Shown here piece after piece: positions 52,128 through 62,518 of a stretch of 64,000 nt of DNA. The stretch lies in contig JBGTEJ010000088.1 in NCBI GenBank assembly GCA_041747855.1, positions 362-64,361 on the forward strand. Reading direction: 5' to 3'. The stretch comes from Acidimicrobiia bacterium (GTDB lineage: Bacteria; Actinomycetota; Acidimicrobiia; Spongiisociales; ZC4RG35). A model generated the notes under the pieces. The model saw only the letters and a program-made list of their open reading frames with translations. It ran no database searches and was not told where the DNA came from. The translations under genes were made by a program, and so were the position numbers. Each line of letters opens with the position of its first letter. Positions within the stretch are counted from its first letter, which is position 1.

Positions 52128-52810
52128 TGGCTGGCCCTGTAAGCAAGAAGACCTGCAAGAACACCGACAGCCCCACCCACCAGGAGACTGGTCCTATTGG
52201 GTAACCCGGCCGTCAAATAAGTGGCGGCAGCCGCCGCCAGGGCCGCCACCAGCTTCGGCCACCTGTCGATACCGAGGATCAGAAGCACCACGAACATCAG
52301 GGGAACGGCAAACCCCAGTTCCCAACCCACAGGGATCTTCGGCCCGATCAGGAGACCCGCGGCCGTGGTCAGGTTCCACCCGGTGATGTAGACCAAGGCT
52401 GACCCTACGTAGTAGCTCCTGAAGTCGACCGGATCGTCCGCTGACCGGACCACGGTCAACGCGAACATCTGATCGATGAGAGCGTATGGAGCGAGCCAAC
52501 GAAACCACCTCGGCTGCTTTTGGAACACAGGTGCCATCGCCGCCGAGTAGAGAAGGTGACGAGCCTGGATCACCAGCCCCGCGGAGACAACCGCAAGGGC
52601 GGCTGTACCCGACCCGATCAGGGAGAGAACCACGAGTTGAGCGGCGCCACCAAAGATCAGAGGGGAGGTCGACCATCCGACGAGGGGGTTGATCCCCGAC
52701 TCCACCACCGCGAGACCGATGATCAGGGCAAAAGGGATGACCGTCACAAACAAAGGGAGGGCATCGGCCAGACCTCTACGCACCAAGGTGCCGTTCAGAT
52801 TGAGAGCCAT
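52124..52810 (-). CDS. azlC: AzlC family branched-chain amino acid permease component
   Basis: LPLFVTVIPFALIIGLAVVESG ... IFGGAAQLVVLSL ... QARHLLYSAAMAP pattern. Confidence 0.8.
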   Translation of the reverse strand: MALNLNGTLVRRGLADALPLFVTVIPFALIIGLAVVESGINPLVGWSTSPLIFGGAAQLVVLSLIGSGTAALAVVSAGLVIQARHLLYSAAMAPVFQKQPRWFRWLAPYALIDQMFALTVVRSADDPVDFRSYYVGSALVYITGWNLTTAAGLLIGPKIPVGWELGFAVPLMFVVLLILGIDRWPKLVAALAAAAATYLTAGLPNRTSLLVGGAVGVLAGLLAYRASQ

Positions 52811-52837
52811 CGTCCCCAGACTTTCAGCAGTGGGATC

Positions 52838-53554
52838 TCAGACCAGGTCGAGCCGGATGGTCTCGAGGGCGATCTCCACCATCTCGTCGAAGGTGCTCTG
52901 ACGCTCCTCCGAACTGGTTGATTCGCCAGTTCGAACATGGTCCGACACGGTGCAGATGGTCAAGGCTCGTCCACCCTTCTCGGCGGCGACCCCGTAGAGG
53001 CCTGCAGCCTCCATCTCGACGGCGAGGACACCCATTGCCTCCATCCTGTCGAAGGCTTCCGGATCTGGATTGTAAAAGAGATCGGCAGAGTGGACGTTGC
53101 CCACCTTGACACTGACGCCTTTCGCCGAAGCGGCTGTCGCGGCTGCGCGAAGTAGGCCGAAGTCCGCGGTTGCGGCGAAATCATGACCCCCGTAGCGGGT
53201 GCGATTGACCAAGGAGTCGGTACATGCCCCTATGGCGAGGATGACGTCCCGTATCTTCACCGAACTCAGGATCCCGCCACAGGACCCAACGCGTATGAGT
53301 CGCTCGACTCCGTACTCGGTGATCAGTTCAGTGGCGTAGATGGATGCCGAGGGGATTCCCATGCCGGTGCCCATGACCGATACCGGTATCCCCTGGTACT
53401 GCCCGGTAAACCCCAGCATGTTCCTCACACCGTTGACCTGCTCAGCATCTTCCAAGAAGTTGTCGGCGATGTGGTTGGCGCGCAGCGGATCGCCGGGAAG
53501 AAGGATCGACGGTGCAAAGTCACCCTTACTTGCGGATATATGAGGTGTGGCCAT
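52838..53554 (-). CDS. deoD: Purine nucleoside phosphorylase, DeoD type
   Basis: [24 protein letters not shown] ... [14 protein letters not shown] ... VGSCGG ... EMEAAGLY motifs. Confidence 0.9.
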   Translation of the reverse strand: MATPHISASKGDFAPSILLPGDPLRANHIADNFLEDAEQVNGVRNMLGFTGQYQGIPVSVMGTGMGIPSASIYATELITEYGVERLIRVGSCGGILSSVKIRDVILAIGACTDSLVNRTRYGGHDFAATADFGLLRAAATAASAKGVSVKVGNVHSADLFYNPDPEAFDRMEAMGVLAVEMEAAGLYGVAAEKGGRALTICTVSDHVRTGESTSSEERQSTFDEMVEIALETIRLDLV

Positions 53555-53615
53555 GTCTGAGCGAACTCCTATTGATTAGACCGGCGTCGACAACGAGCCG
53601 GGTAACTTCCACGAG

Positions 53616-54056
53616 ATGCCCGATGGTAACGACAAGAACACCCAGCACCTCCTAGACGCACTGATCGCCAGCGGGGAGCAACTGCTTCCCGGACACATGG
53701 GACTCGAGGTGATCGACCTGGCGCCAGGACTGGGAAGGATGCGGTGCCTGATCCAGGACTTCCATAAGGCGCCCAATGGATTCCTCCACGCCGGAACGGT
53801 GATCACCCTCGCCGATACTGCTGCCGGTTACGGATGCATGGCCAGCCTCCCGACGGGGGCAGTCGGATTCACCACCATCGAAATCAAGATCAACTTCCTG
53901 GGAACTGCCCTGGAAGGCGTTCTAATGGCCGAGGCGAAGATGGTCCATGGGGGCCGGACGACACAGGTCTGGGACGTCGAAGTCATCTCCGAGGAAAGTG
54001 GCAAGACCATCGCCCTCTTCCGGTGCACACAGTTCATCCTCTACCCGAAGGCCTAG
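53616..54056 (+). CDS. PaaI-family hotdog-fold thioesterase
   Basis: NGFLHAGTVITLADTAAG ... HGGRTTQVWDVEV pattern. Confidence 0.8.
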   Translation: MPDGNDKNTQHLLDALIASGEQLLPGHMGLEVIDLAPGLGRMRCLIQDFHKAPNGFLHAGTVITLADTAAGYGCMASLPTGAVGFTTIEIKINFLGTALEGVLMAEAKMVHGGRTTQVWDVEVISEESGKTIALFRCTQFILYPKA

Positions 54057-54065
54057 CCTGGTGCC

Positions 54066-54560
54066 ATGAACGACTTCCACCAATTCATCCTCGATCTGCG
54101 GGCAATCCGCGACTACCAGGATCGGCCAATCGAGCCGGACCACCTAGATGCCATCCTCGAGGCGGCCCGATGGACGGGTAGCTCGAAGAACCGTCAGGAC
54201 TGGTCGTTCATCGTGGTGGCTGACCCCGACCGTCTTCAGGGCCTGGCGGAGCACGGAGACTTCACCCAACCGGTGCGTGACTCCGCCGCCACCGTGGTCC
54301 TGGTGCGGGAGCCGGGTGGGAACATGTTCGACATCGGCAGGGCCGCCCAGAACATCATGCTCGCGGCGGAGACCCTTGGAGTCGCCAGTTGCCCGATCAC
54401 ATTGCACCGGTCTGCCGACGCCCGACAATTTCTAGGGCTCTCCGCCGACCAGGAGGCCATGTATGCGGTAGCACTCGGCTATCCGACCGCTGATGCCCGA
54501 CCGAGGAAGTTCGGCGGTCGAAAGGACCGGTCGGCAGTGGTCGTCAAGGACCGCGGCTGA
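54066..54560 (+). CDS. Nitroreductase family protein
   Basis: LRAIRDYQDRPIEPDHLDAILEAARWTGSSKNRQDWSFIVV pattern. Confidence 0.8.
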   Translation: MNDFHQFILDLRAIRDYQDRPIEPDHLDAILEAARWTGSSKNRQDWSFIVVADPDRLQGLAEHGDFTQPVRDSAATVVLVREPGGNMFDIGRAAQNIMLAAETLGVASCPITLHRSADARQFLGLSADQEAMYAVALGYPTADARPRKFGGRKDRSAVVVKDRG

Positions 54561-54677
54561 AGGGTCTGTTTGACTTGAAGAGCACTTGAAGTTCTAACTT
54601 GAGGTGCATCGGCCATGGCCGGTGAGTCCGGATAACGGACCGAACTTGTCCCTATACCCCACTACCTTCGAAAGAAC

Positions 54678-55604
54678 ATGACAGAGAATCTCGTCGAGGC
54701 ACGCGGCCTCACCAAGAAGTTCGGCGATTTCACCGCAGTAGACGCCATAGACTTCGACATTCGCAAGGGTGAGGCTTTCGGGTTCCTTGGGCCAAACGGT
54801 GCCGGCAAGACCTCGACCATGAAGATGATCACCACCGTCAGCCCTATCACCGAGGGGAAGCTGACTGTGTTCGGGCTCGATCCTGGTACGCAGGGTCGCG
54901 CGATACGACAGCGGATCGGGGTCGTCCCCCAAGAAGACAACCTCGACCTCGAGATGACGGTTCGAGACAACCTCTACATCTTCGGGCGCTATCACGACAT
55001 GACCCGCGCCCAGATCAACCCCAAGGTGGTCGAGCTGCTGGAGTTCGCACAGCTCACCGAACGTCGTGACTCCAGGGTGGAGCCACTGTCCGGGGGCATG
55101 AAGCGGCGGCTCACCATCGCCCGTGCCCTGATCAACGATCCCGACCTGGTCATACTCGACGAGCCCACCACCGGCCTCGACCCGCAGGCCCGTCATCTCC
55201 TCTGGGACCGCTTGTACAGGCTCAAGCGTCAAGGGGCCACCCTGATCATCACCACCCATTACATGGACGAGGCCGAGCAGCTATGCGACCGTCTGGTCAT
55301 CATGGACAAAGGGGCGATCGTCGCTGAAGGCTCCCCGGCAGCCCTGATCCGGCAGTACGCCACCCGGGAGGTTGTCGAGCTGCGGTTTAGAGACGACGAG
55401 CAGGACGCAGCCGCCCTCAAGATCGATGGTCTGGCCGACCAGTCTGAAGTCTTGACGGACCGGATCCTCCTCTACACCAATGACGCCGAGGCGACCCAGC
55501 GCGGTCTCCATGAGAGGGACATTCACCCCGAACAGACGATGGTTCGCCGCGCCACCCTCGAGGACGTATTCCTCAGGCTCACCGGGCGAAGACTGATCGA
55601 CTGA
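54678..55604 (+). CDS. ABC transporter ATP-binding protein (DrrA/NodI-like)
   Basis: Walker A GPNGAGKTS, signature LSGGMKRRL, Walker B LVILDEPTTGLD. Confidence 0.9.
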   Translation: MTENLVEARGLTKKFGDFTAVDAIDFDIRKGEAFGFLGPNGAGKTSTMKMITTVSPITEGKLTVFGLDPGTQGRAIRQRIGVVPQEDNLDLEMTVRDNLYIFGRYHDMTRAQINPKVVELLEFAQLTERRDSRVEPLSGGMKRRLTIARALINDPDLVILDEPTTGLDPQARHLLWDRLYRLKRQGATLIITTHYMDEAEQLCDRLVIMDKGAIVAEGSPAALIRQYATREVVELRFRDDEQDAAALKIDGLADQSEVLTDRILLYTNDAEATQRGLHERDIHPEQTMVRRATLEDVFLRLTGRRLID

Positions 55605-56392
55605 TGACCCTTCTCACCCGCTCGCTGAGAGTCACCGAAGGCCAGCTCCTCGGGTATCGCCGGACCTGGCGGGGAACGGTCATCTCCAGCTTCGTCAACC
55701 CGATCTTCTTCCTCTCCGCTATGGGCATGGGGGTCGGAGCGTTGGTCGATCGTGGTAGTGCCGACCTCGGTGTCCCTTATCTCGTGTTTGTGGCCACCGG
55801 ATTGATGGCAGCCAACGCGATGCAGGCCGGTGCGGCCGACGGGGCGTTCCCGGTGATGGCTGCGATCAAGTGGCGGAAAGAGTTTCATGCCATGATCACC
55901 ACCCCGGTCTCCCCGACCGACATCATCATCGGCAGGACCATTTGGGGAGCGATCAGACTGGCCTTCATTCTCTCCGTGTTCACCGTCATCGCCGGGATGT
56001 TCGGAGCACTTGAATTGAGCACCGCCCTGCTTGCCATCGCCCCGGCAATCCTCACCGGCCTCGCCTTCACCCTGGCGATGACCGCATTCACGGTGAAGAT
56101 AGAGAGCGACATGGGTCTGACCACCGTGTTCCGGTTCGTGATCATGCCCCTGTTCCTCTTCTCCGGCACCTTCTTCCCGATCAGCAACCTGCCGCAGGCC
56201 CTTCAGTTCGTCGCCTACGCCACACCGCTGTTCCATGGTGTCGAACTGGTCCGCAAGATCGCTCTACCCGATCTCTCAGCCGAGATGATCACCAGCATCT
56301 CGACCTGGGTCCATGTCGCCTACCTTCTGGCAATGGCGACGATCGGCTTCATCATCGCGGTCAAGGCCCTGGACCGGAGGCTCCGCCCGTGA
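55604..56392 (+). CDS. ABC-2 type transporter permease
   Basis: 262-aa 6-TM ORF whose start overlaps the ATPase stop. Confidence 0.8.
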   Translation: MTLLTRSLRVTEGQLLGYRRTWRGTVISSFVNPIFFLSAMGMGVGALVDRGSADLGVPYLVFVATGLMAANAMQAGAADGAFPVMAAIKWRKEFHAMITTPVSPTDIIIGRTIWGAIRLAFILSVFTVIAGMFGALELSTALLAIAPAILTGLAFTLAMTAFTVKIESDMGLTTVFRFVIMPLFLFSGTFFPISNLPQALQFVAYATPLFHGVELVRKIALPDLSAEMITSISTWVHVAYLLAMATIGFIIAVKALDRRLRP

Positions 56393-57198
56393 GTGTCTCC
56401 GCACCATCACGGATAACGCCGCCCGGCAGGATGACACCGCTCCGTGCCCAGCGGATTTGGGAGCGCAACCTCCTCGCCCAGAAGAGGTTCTGGAAGGTGA
56501 TCGTGACCGGATTCTTCGAACCGGTCTTCTACTTGCTCGCCATCGGTGTCGGGATCGGCGCCCTGATCGGAGACCTGGAACTGCCCGGTGGGCAGGTGGT
56601 CGCTTACACCGCCTTCGTGGCACCTGCCTTGATGGCGGTGTCGGCGATGAACGGGGCGGTGATGGAGACCACCTTCAACATCTTCTTCAAGCTCAAATTC
56701 GGAAACGTCTACCAGGGGATCCTGACCACGCCGATGAACCCCAAGGACATCGCCGTGGGCGAGATCGGTTGGGCGTTGTTCCGTGGCATCGCCTACTCGA
56801 CCGTGTTCCTGGCGATGATGGCGCTGCTGGGACTGACCGAGACCTGGTGGGCCATCCTCACCGTCCCCGGAGCTTTCCTGATCGGTTTCGCCTTCGGATC
56901 TGTCGGTCTCGCCGCCTGCACCTGGATGAGGTCGTGGCAGGACTTCGACCTGGTCACACTGGCGACCATGCCGCTGTTCCTGTTCTCAGCCACATTCTTC
57001 CCGGTCGACGTGTACCCGCCGTTCCTCCAGACGCTGGTCCGATTCTCACCGCTCTACCACGGCAATGAGCTGTTGCGGTCGTTCTCGCTCGGGATCATCG
57101 ACTGGTCGATACTCGCCCATGTCGGGTACTTGCTGGCGATGGGCCTGGTCGGTTCCCTGATCGCCTCCCGTCGGCTCGACGGACTGCTCCGCAAGTAG
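56389..57198 (+). CDS. ABC-2 type transporter permease (second copy)
   Basis: 269-aa 6-TM ORF, overlaps the upstream stop. Paralogous layout to 55604..56392. Confidence 0.8.
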   Translation: MSVSAPSRITPPGRMTPLRAQRIWERNLLAQKRFWKVIVTGFFEPVFYLLAIGVGIGALIGDLELPGGQVVAYTAFVAPALMAVSAMNGAVMETTFNIFFKLKFGNVYQGILTTPMNPKDIAVGEIGWALFRGIAYSTVFLAMMALLGLTETWWAILTVPGAFLIGFAFGSVGLAACTWMRSWQDFDLVTLATMPLFLFSATFFPVDVYPPFLQTLVRFSPLYHGNELLRSFSLGIIDWSILAHVGYLLAMGLVGSLIASRRLDGLLRK

Positions 57199-57217
57199 GG
57201 CAAGTACTCGCTCGCGG

Positions 57218-57733
57218 CTACCACCGTTCCCGGTGGACCACCTCTTCGAAGGGTCGGCGGTTCGGGGTCTTGATCACCTTCACGGGGCGGTCCGCCGGAT
57301 ACCCAACCGACATCAGGTAGGCGCAGAAGAATTCATCCGGGAACCCGAGAATCGACCGGGCGAGATCCTGGTCAGCAACCGAAGCGTGTCCGGTACCGAG
57401 CCCGAGATCTGTCGCCATCAGCATCATCGACATGACCACGTGCCCGAGGTCGAACTGGGCCATATCCGACCACCTCTTGTCTGCGATACGGGGAAGAATG
57501 AAGGCCACCGCAGCTTGCGCCCCGGCGACATGCCATGCGCCTTGCCACACTCCCGCCAACTCCCTCAGCCGCGCAGGATCGGTCACCACGACAAAGCCCC
57601 AAGGTTGGGTGTTCTTCGCCGAAGGGGCTCTCCTCCCTGCTTCCAGGATCCGGTCGAGATCCCCGGAGTCGATCGGTCGATCGCTGAACTCCCTGACGTT
57701 CCGTCTTGCCCTGATCGTGTCCCAAGTCTCCAC
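57218..57733 (-). CDS. Nitroreductase family protein
   Basis: [44 protein letters not shown] pattern. Confidence 0.8.
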   Translation of the reverse strand: METWDTIRARRNVREFSDRPIDSGDLDRILEAGRRAPSAKNTQPWGFVVVTDPARLRELAGVWQGAWHVAGAQAAVAFILPRIADKRWSDMAQFDLGHVVMSMMLMATDLGLGTGHASVADQDLARSILGFPDEFFCAYLMSVGYPADRPVKVIKTPNRRPFEEVVHRERW

Positions 57734-57767
57734 GGTGCTCCTTCGTTGTCGTAGTCTCCGAACTCAG

Positions 57768-59435
57768 ATGCTCGATCTCACATTCCCGTTACATGCCCCA
57801 CACGGGTCGGCGCTGAACACGAAGGGCTGGCTTCAGGAGGCAGTACTGCGTTGCCTTCTCAACAATCTCGATCCGGCCGTTGCCGAAGACCCCGAGAATC
57901 TCATCGTTTATGGGGGACGCGGCAAGGCGGCGAGAAACCTCGAGTCGCTCCATGCGATCGTGGCGACCTTGCAGCGTCTCGACAACGACGAGACGCTCCT
58001 GGTGCAGTCAGGGAAGCCGGTAGGTGTCTTTCGGACCCACGAGATGGCGCCCCGCGTCCTGCTCGCGAACAGCCTCCTGGTGCCCCGCTGGGCGACACTC
58101 GATCACTTCTGGGAACTGGAGGCGGCAGGGCTGATGATGTACGGTCAGATGACCGCCGGGTCGTGGATCTACATCGGCACCCAGGGGATCCTCCAGGGGA
58201 CGTACCAGACGTTCCTGGCGATCGCAGAGAAGAGGTTCGGCGGAACCCTCGCCGGCACCATCACCCTGACCGGCGGCCTGGGTGGGATGGGAGGAGCCCA
58301 GCCCCTGGCAATAACCATGAACGGCGGGGTGGCCATATGTGTCGATGTCGACCCCCATCGGATCCAGCGTCGCCTGGAGACCCGCTACCTGGATCAAGTT
58401 GCCGATTCCGTCGAGGAGGCGGTAGCCCAGGCAGTGACTGCGAGACGCGAGAGACGGGCTCTATCGATCGGTGTAGTAGGCAATGCGGCCGAGGTGTTCC
58501 CACAGATCAGGGAGATGGACGCGCAAATCGACATCGTCACCGATCAGACCTCTGCGCACGATCCCCTGTATGGCTACGTTCCTGCGGGTTTCACCCTCGA
58601 TGAGGCGACGCGGCTCAGAGTCGACGACCCCGACACCTACATGAAGGCCTCCCGTGAATCGATGGCGGTCCAATGTGAGTCGATGGTCGACTTCCAAGGT
58701 TCCGGTTCGGAAGTCTTCGACTATGGCAACAACCTCCGCGGTGAGGCTCAACTGGCAGGCTACGCCGACGCATTTTCCTATCCGGGATTCGTTCCCGCAT
58801 ATATCCGCGACCTGTTCTGCGAGGGTTCGGGTCCGTTCCGCTGGGTGGCCTTGAGCGGGGACCCTGCCGATATCGCGGCCACCGACCGCGCCTTGCTCGA
58901 TCTGTTTCCAGACAACGATGGTCTGGCCAGGTGGATCCGCCTGGCTGAAGAGCGTGTCGAGTTTCAGGGGCTGCCGGCGCGCATCTGCTGGCTGGCTTTT
59001 GGGGAGCGCCATCTTGCCGGTCTGCGATTCAACGAGATGGTGTCCAATGGGGAGATCTCGGCGCCGGTGGTGATCGGCCGCGACCATCTCGACTCAGGCT
59101 CGGTGGCTTCCCCCTACCGGGAGACCGAGTCGATGCTCGACGGCTCCGACGCGGTGGCCGACTGGCCCATCCTCAACGCCATGCTCAATGTCTCGTCTGG
59201 AGCGGCTTGGGTTGCGGTTCATCATGGAGGTGGGGTTGGAATCGGCAATTCGATACATGCCGGGGCCCAGGTCGTGGCCGACGGCACGGCCCAGGGGGCT
59301 CTCAGGGTGGAGAGAGTCCTGACCAACGATCCCGGCACCGGTGTGATGCGTCACGCCGATGCTGGCTATGAGATAGCCCAGCAAGTGGCCCGTGAAAAGG
59401 GCCTCGACCTACCCATGCTCAATGTCAATAGTTGA
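57768..59435 (+). CDS. hutU: Urocanate hydratase
   Basis: Track ORF trimmed to [57 protein letters not shown] and [13 protein letters not shown] motifs. 555 aa. Confidence 0.9.
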   Translation: MLDLTFPLHAPHGSALNTKGWLQEAVLRCLLNNLDPAVAEDPENLIVYGGRGKAARNLESLHAIVATLQRLDNDETLLVQSGKPVGVFRTHEMAPRVLLANSLLVPRWATLDHFWELEAAGLMMYGQMTAGSWIYIGTQGILQGTYQTFLAIAEKRFGGTLAGTITLTGGLGGMGGAQPLAITMNGGVAICVDVDPHRIQRRLETRYLDQVADSVEEAVAQAVTARRERRALSIGVVGNAAEVFPQIREMDAQIDIVTDQTSAHDPLYGYVPAGFTLDEATRLRVDDPDTYMKASRESMAVQCESMVDFQGSGSEVFDYGNNLRGEAQLAGYADAFSYPGFVPAYIRDLFCEGSGPFRWVALSGDPADIAATDRALLDLFPDNDGLARWIRLAEERVEFQGLPARICWLAFGERHLAGLRFNEMVSNGEISAPVVIGRDHLDSGSVASPYRETESMLDGSDAVADWPILNAMLNVSSGAAWVAVHHGGGVGIGNSIHAGAQVVADGTAQGALRVERVLTNDPGTGVMRHADAGYEIAQQVAREKGLDLPMLNVNS

Positions 59436-60321
59436 CCGTTTCTGGCCGACCGCCGATGTGTGGCTGGCCTCGGAGGCAACCGAACCCGACCTCCTCGTGG
59501 TTGGAGTCCCATCCTCCAAGGCCTCCTTGTCACCGTCACGGGCGGATCTGACACCCGGGGCAGTCAGGGACCGTTTCCGGAGGTTCTCGACCTTCCACGG
59601 CGAAACCCGTACAGACTTCTCGATGGTCAAGGTGAGGGACCTCGGCAACTGGCCGGTATCGGAACTGGACATGCACGCAATGCCGGGATTGGTCGAGTCT
59701 TTGACCCGCGACCTTCCCGAAGCTCATCTGACGCTCTTCATCGGGGGTGACAACGCGATCACCCGACCCCTGGCCCGGGGCTCGCACACCGAACTCGACA
59801 GGTTGGGCGTTATCACCTTTGACGCCCACCACGATGTCAGATCACTGGAGAACAGGCCCACCAACGGGACACCAATTCGCGGGTTGATCGAAGAAGATGG
59901 GCTACCGGGTCGGAATGTCGTCCAGATCGGCATCCATTCTTTCGCCAATTCGGTGACGTACCGCGAGTTCTGTGACGACAACGGGATCTCGATCCACACG
60001 GTCGCCGACGTCGAACGGACGGGGATGAACCAAGTGGTCACCACCGCCCTCGGAGCCCTCGACCACTGCGACACGATCTATGTCGATGTAGATGTGGATG
60101 TCCTGGACCGCACCTTCGCCCCCGGATGTCCGGGTGCCCGGCCCGGGGGTTTGACCGTGCGACAGCTCTCCGCAGGGGTCCTCAGACTGGCCTCCCACCC
60201 CAAAGTCAGATCGATGGACTTCGTCGAGGTCGATGCTGAGGCCGATGTCGACAACCTCACTCTCGACACCCTCGCTCATCTGATGCTGACTGCCACCGCC
60301 GGTCTGGCCACCAGGTCGTAG
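59422..60321 (+). CDS. hutG: Arginase-family hydrolase, probably formimidoylglutamase
   Basis: DAHHDVR, GIHSF and VDVDVDVLD metal-site motifs. Overlaps the hutU stop by 14 nt. Confidence 0.7.
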   Translation: MSIVDRFWPTADVWLASEATEPDLLVVGVPSSKASLSPSRADLTPGAVRDRFRRFSTFHGETRTDFSMVKVRDLGNWPVSELDMHAMPGLVESLTRDLPEAHLTLFIGGDNAITRPLARGSHTELDRLGVITFDAHHDVRSLENRPTNGTPIRGLIEEDGLPGRNVVQIGIHSFANSVTYREFCDDNGISIHTVADVERTGMNQVVTTALGALDHCDTIYVDVDVDVLDRTFAPGCPGARPGGLTVRQLSAGVLRLASHPKVRSMDFVEVDAEADVDNLTLDTLAHLMLTATAGLATRS

Positions 60322-60345
60322 TCAGCCTTCCAGTTGATCGCCGGT

Positions 60346-61395
60346 CTAACGGTCGCGAAGGACCAGAAGTGAATCGCCGAACTCGTGCCACTGATATCCG
60401 GCGGTGACCGCCTCGGCATAGCAGCGCTCCACCATCGTTCTCCCCGCCACAGCCTCGACAAGCTGGAGATGAGAGGACCCGGCTTCGTGCCAGCCGGTCA
60501 TCATCCCATCGACACCGGCGACTCCGCGTTGAGGTGTCACGATGAGGTCGGTCACCCCGGCACCGGGATGGAGGAGCCCGTCACTGTCGGTCATCGTCTC
60601 GATGGCGCGTACCGTGGTGGTCCCCACCGCGATCGCCCGTCCGCCAGCCGCACGCGCTTGATTGACCACCCTGGCCGTCGTTTCGGGGATGCGGTACCTC
60701 TCGGCGTCGGGAAGCTCGCCAGATTCGAATGAGGCCACCCCACAGTGGAGGACAAGTGGTGCCAACTGAACACCTGATGCCATGAGCGAAGTCAGGAGAC
60801 CGGTGGTGAAAGGACGCCCGGCGCTTGGCATCTCTGCCGACCCTGGCTCTCGGGCGTAAACCGTCTGGTAGTCAGAAATTGGCCAGGCGGCCGAAGTGTG
60901 GCCATATCGGATCGGATGACCATGACGCCGGAGGTAGTCGAGGGCATCGCCGATACCCTTCATCTCGGTGATCCAGAGCCGGGGCGACCGTGTATCGGGA
61001 GTAAGGAGAACGGCTTCGGCCCCGCCAGGTAGGGCCACAACACCTCCACCAAAATCGCGCCAGGGCACTGAACCGACACCGGACCGACGACGGGGCTCGG
61101 CCGTCCAAATCGATCCGGCGATGGGGGATGACATGTGGAGGCGGACATCACCCTGGTCACTCACCCCGTCGAGAGCAGCGGGAACTGCGGCCGAGACGTT
61201 CAGGACCAGGACATCTCCAGGTCTCAAGATCTCTCCGATCCGGGTGAATCTCGCGTGGTCGATCGTCCCGCTGGCCGTGTCGGCGACCATCATCGAGACA
61301 CTGTCCCGACGGCGACCCTCGCGCTCAGGCGGAGTGCCCACCGCCGATCCGGCGGGGATCTGGAAATCCAGCGGAGCGAGGACGTCGAGGCTCAT
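60346..61395 (-). CDS. queA: S-adenosylmethionine:tRNA ribosyltransferase-isomerase (QueA) family protein
   Basis: RRDSVSMMV ... LRPGDVLVLNVSAAVPA ... LHCGVASF ... AVGTTTVRAIE pattern of QueA. Confidence 0.75.
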   Translation of the reverse strand: MSLDVLAPLDFQIPAGSAVGTPPEREGRRRDSVSMMVADTASGTIDHARFTRIGEILRPGDVLVLNVSAAVPAALDGVSDQGDVRLHMSSPIAGSIWTAEPRRRSGVGSVPWRDFGGGVVALPGGAEAVLLTPDTRSPRLWITEMKGIGDALDYLRRHGHPIRYGHTSAAWPISDYQTVYAREPGSAEMPSAGRPFTTGLLTSLMASGVQLAPLVLHCGVASFESGELPDAERYRIPETTARVVNQARAAGGRAIAVGTTTVRAIETMTDSDGLLHPGAGVTDLIVTPQRGVAGVDGMMTGWHEAGSSHLQLVEAVAGRTMVERCYAEAVTAGYQWHEFGDSLLVLRDR

Positions 61396-62090
61396 GACGC
61401 CGCCACGAGAAGGTCGCGGAGCCGATAACGACCAGACAACGGGCGTTCGACAATCAGGTGCATCAGTCCGGGAACGATCTCCTCAGGAGGAGGCCTGTCC
61501 GAGATGTCCTCCGCAGGGAAAGCCTCCTGATGCATTCGGGTGTTCATGTCACCGGGATCGGCCCAATAGACGGAGAGGCCGGGGTGCTCCGCGGCGAGAA
61601 TATTGGTCATCTGCTCTAGGGCGGCCTTTGAGGAGCCGTAGCCCCCCCAGCCTTCATACCCTTCGACAGCGGCATCTGAAGTGACATTGATCACCGTCCC
61701 GTTGACTTCGCCCAAAAGAGGGAGACAATCTTGGGTGAGGGCAAGCGGAGCGAAGACATTCACTTCGAACACACTGCGCAACACATCGAGTGGGTACCTG
61801 GCCAGGGGTGGCTGAGGACTTGGGCCGAGCAGAGAGGCGTTGTTGACCAGGAGGTCGAGACCTCCCCTTTGTTGGGCGACATCGACCAAGACATGTCGGT
61901 GCTCCGGGTCGGACACATCACCTGGTATCGCAACCACCGCGCCTCCCAGGCTGGCGACTGCCTCCGACAGTTCCTCCCCATTCCTGGCGTCCACTACCAC
62001 GATCCAGCCATCGGTAGCCAAACGCCGGGTCAGAGCGAGCCCCAATCCCCGTGAGGCCCCGGTGACGATGGCAACACTCACTTGCCCCAC
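61392..62090 (-). CDS. SDR family oxidoreductase
   Basis: VAIVTGASRGLGLAL cofactor motif and Y..SK (YGSSKAAL) catalytic motif. Confidence 0.85.
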   Translation of the reverse strand: MGQVSVAIVTGASRGLGLALTRRLATDGWIVVVDARNGEELSEAVASLGGAVVAIPGDVSDPEHRHVLVDVAQQRGGLDLLVNNASLLGPSPQPPLARYPLDVLRSVFEVNVFAPLALTQDCLPLLGEVNGTVINVTSDAAVEGYEGWGGYGSSKAALEQMTNILAAEHPGLSVYWADPGDMNTRMHQEAFPAEDISDRPPPEEIVPGLMHLIVERPLSGRYRLRDLLVAAS

Positions 62091-62470
62091 CCGTCATAAG
62101 GCTGGGCCGTTCCCTCTCGCTCCGTCCAAACCTCTCGCAGCTCGGAGCACAGGCCACCTGAAAATGTCAGGAATAATGAGCCGCTGGACACCGATGCCGC
62201 GCCTGCCTCGGTGAGGGAGACCCACCATTCGACTGCGGCCCGATCACCTTCGACAACCGCCGAACCGACGTGCACCTCGAGATCGGCCTGACCCTCAACC
62301 GCCCTCTCCCAATAGCTAGTGATTGCTGCTCGTCCCTCTAAGGGCGGCTGGAAGGGGTGAGAGCGGTAGACCGCGTTGGGCGTGAACAGGGCAGCAGCGC
62401 GCGAGGGGTCAGCGTTCTGCCAGGCGGCAAACAGGTCGGTCACCCAGGTTTGCACCGCACTTCGATCCAT
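62078..62470 (-). CDS. NTF2-like (SnoaL/DUF4440-type) protein
   Basis: 130 aa with AVQTWVTDLFAAWQNADPSRAAALFTPNAVY ... pattern. Confidence 0.6.
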   Translation of the reverse strand: MDRSAVQTWVTDLFAAWQNADPSRAAALFTPNAVYRSHPFQPPLEGRAAITSYWERAVEGQADLEVHVGSAVVEGDRAAVEWWVSLTEAGAASVSSGSLFLTFSGGLCSELREVWTEREGTAQPYDGWGK

Positions 62471-62518
62471 AGGCGGGAACCCTACAACTTCACGTTAACT
62501 TGAAGTCAAGACCCTTCT

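Noticed and set aside
57432-57767. N-terminal 112 codons of the 667-aa track ORF preceding hutU
   Set aside because: They are antisense to the well-supported nitroreductase gene 57218..57733 and have poor composition. Canonical HutU begins at [13 protein letters not shown] (57768).
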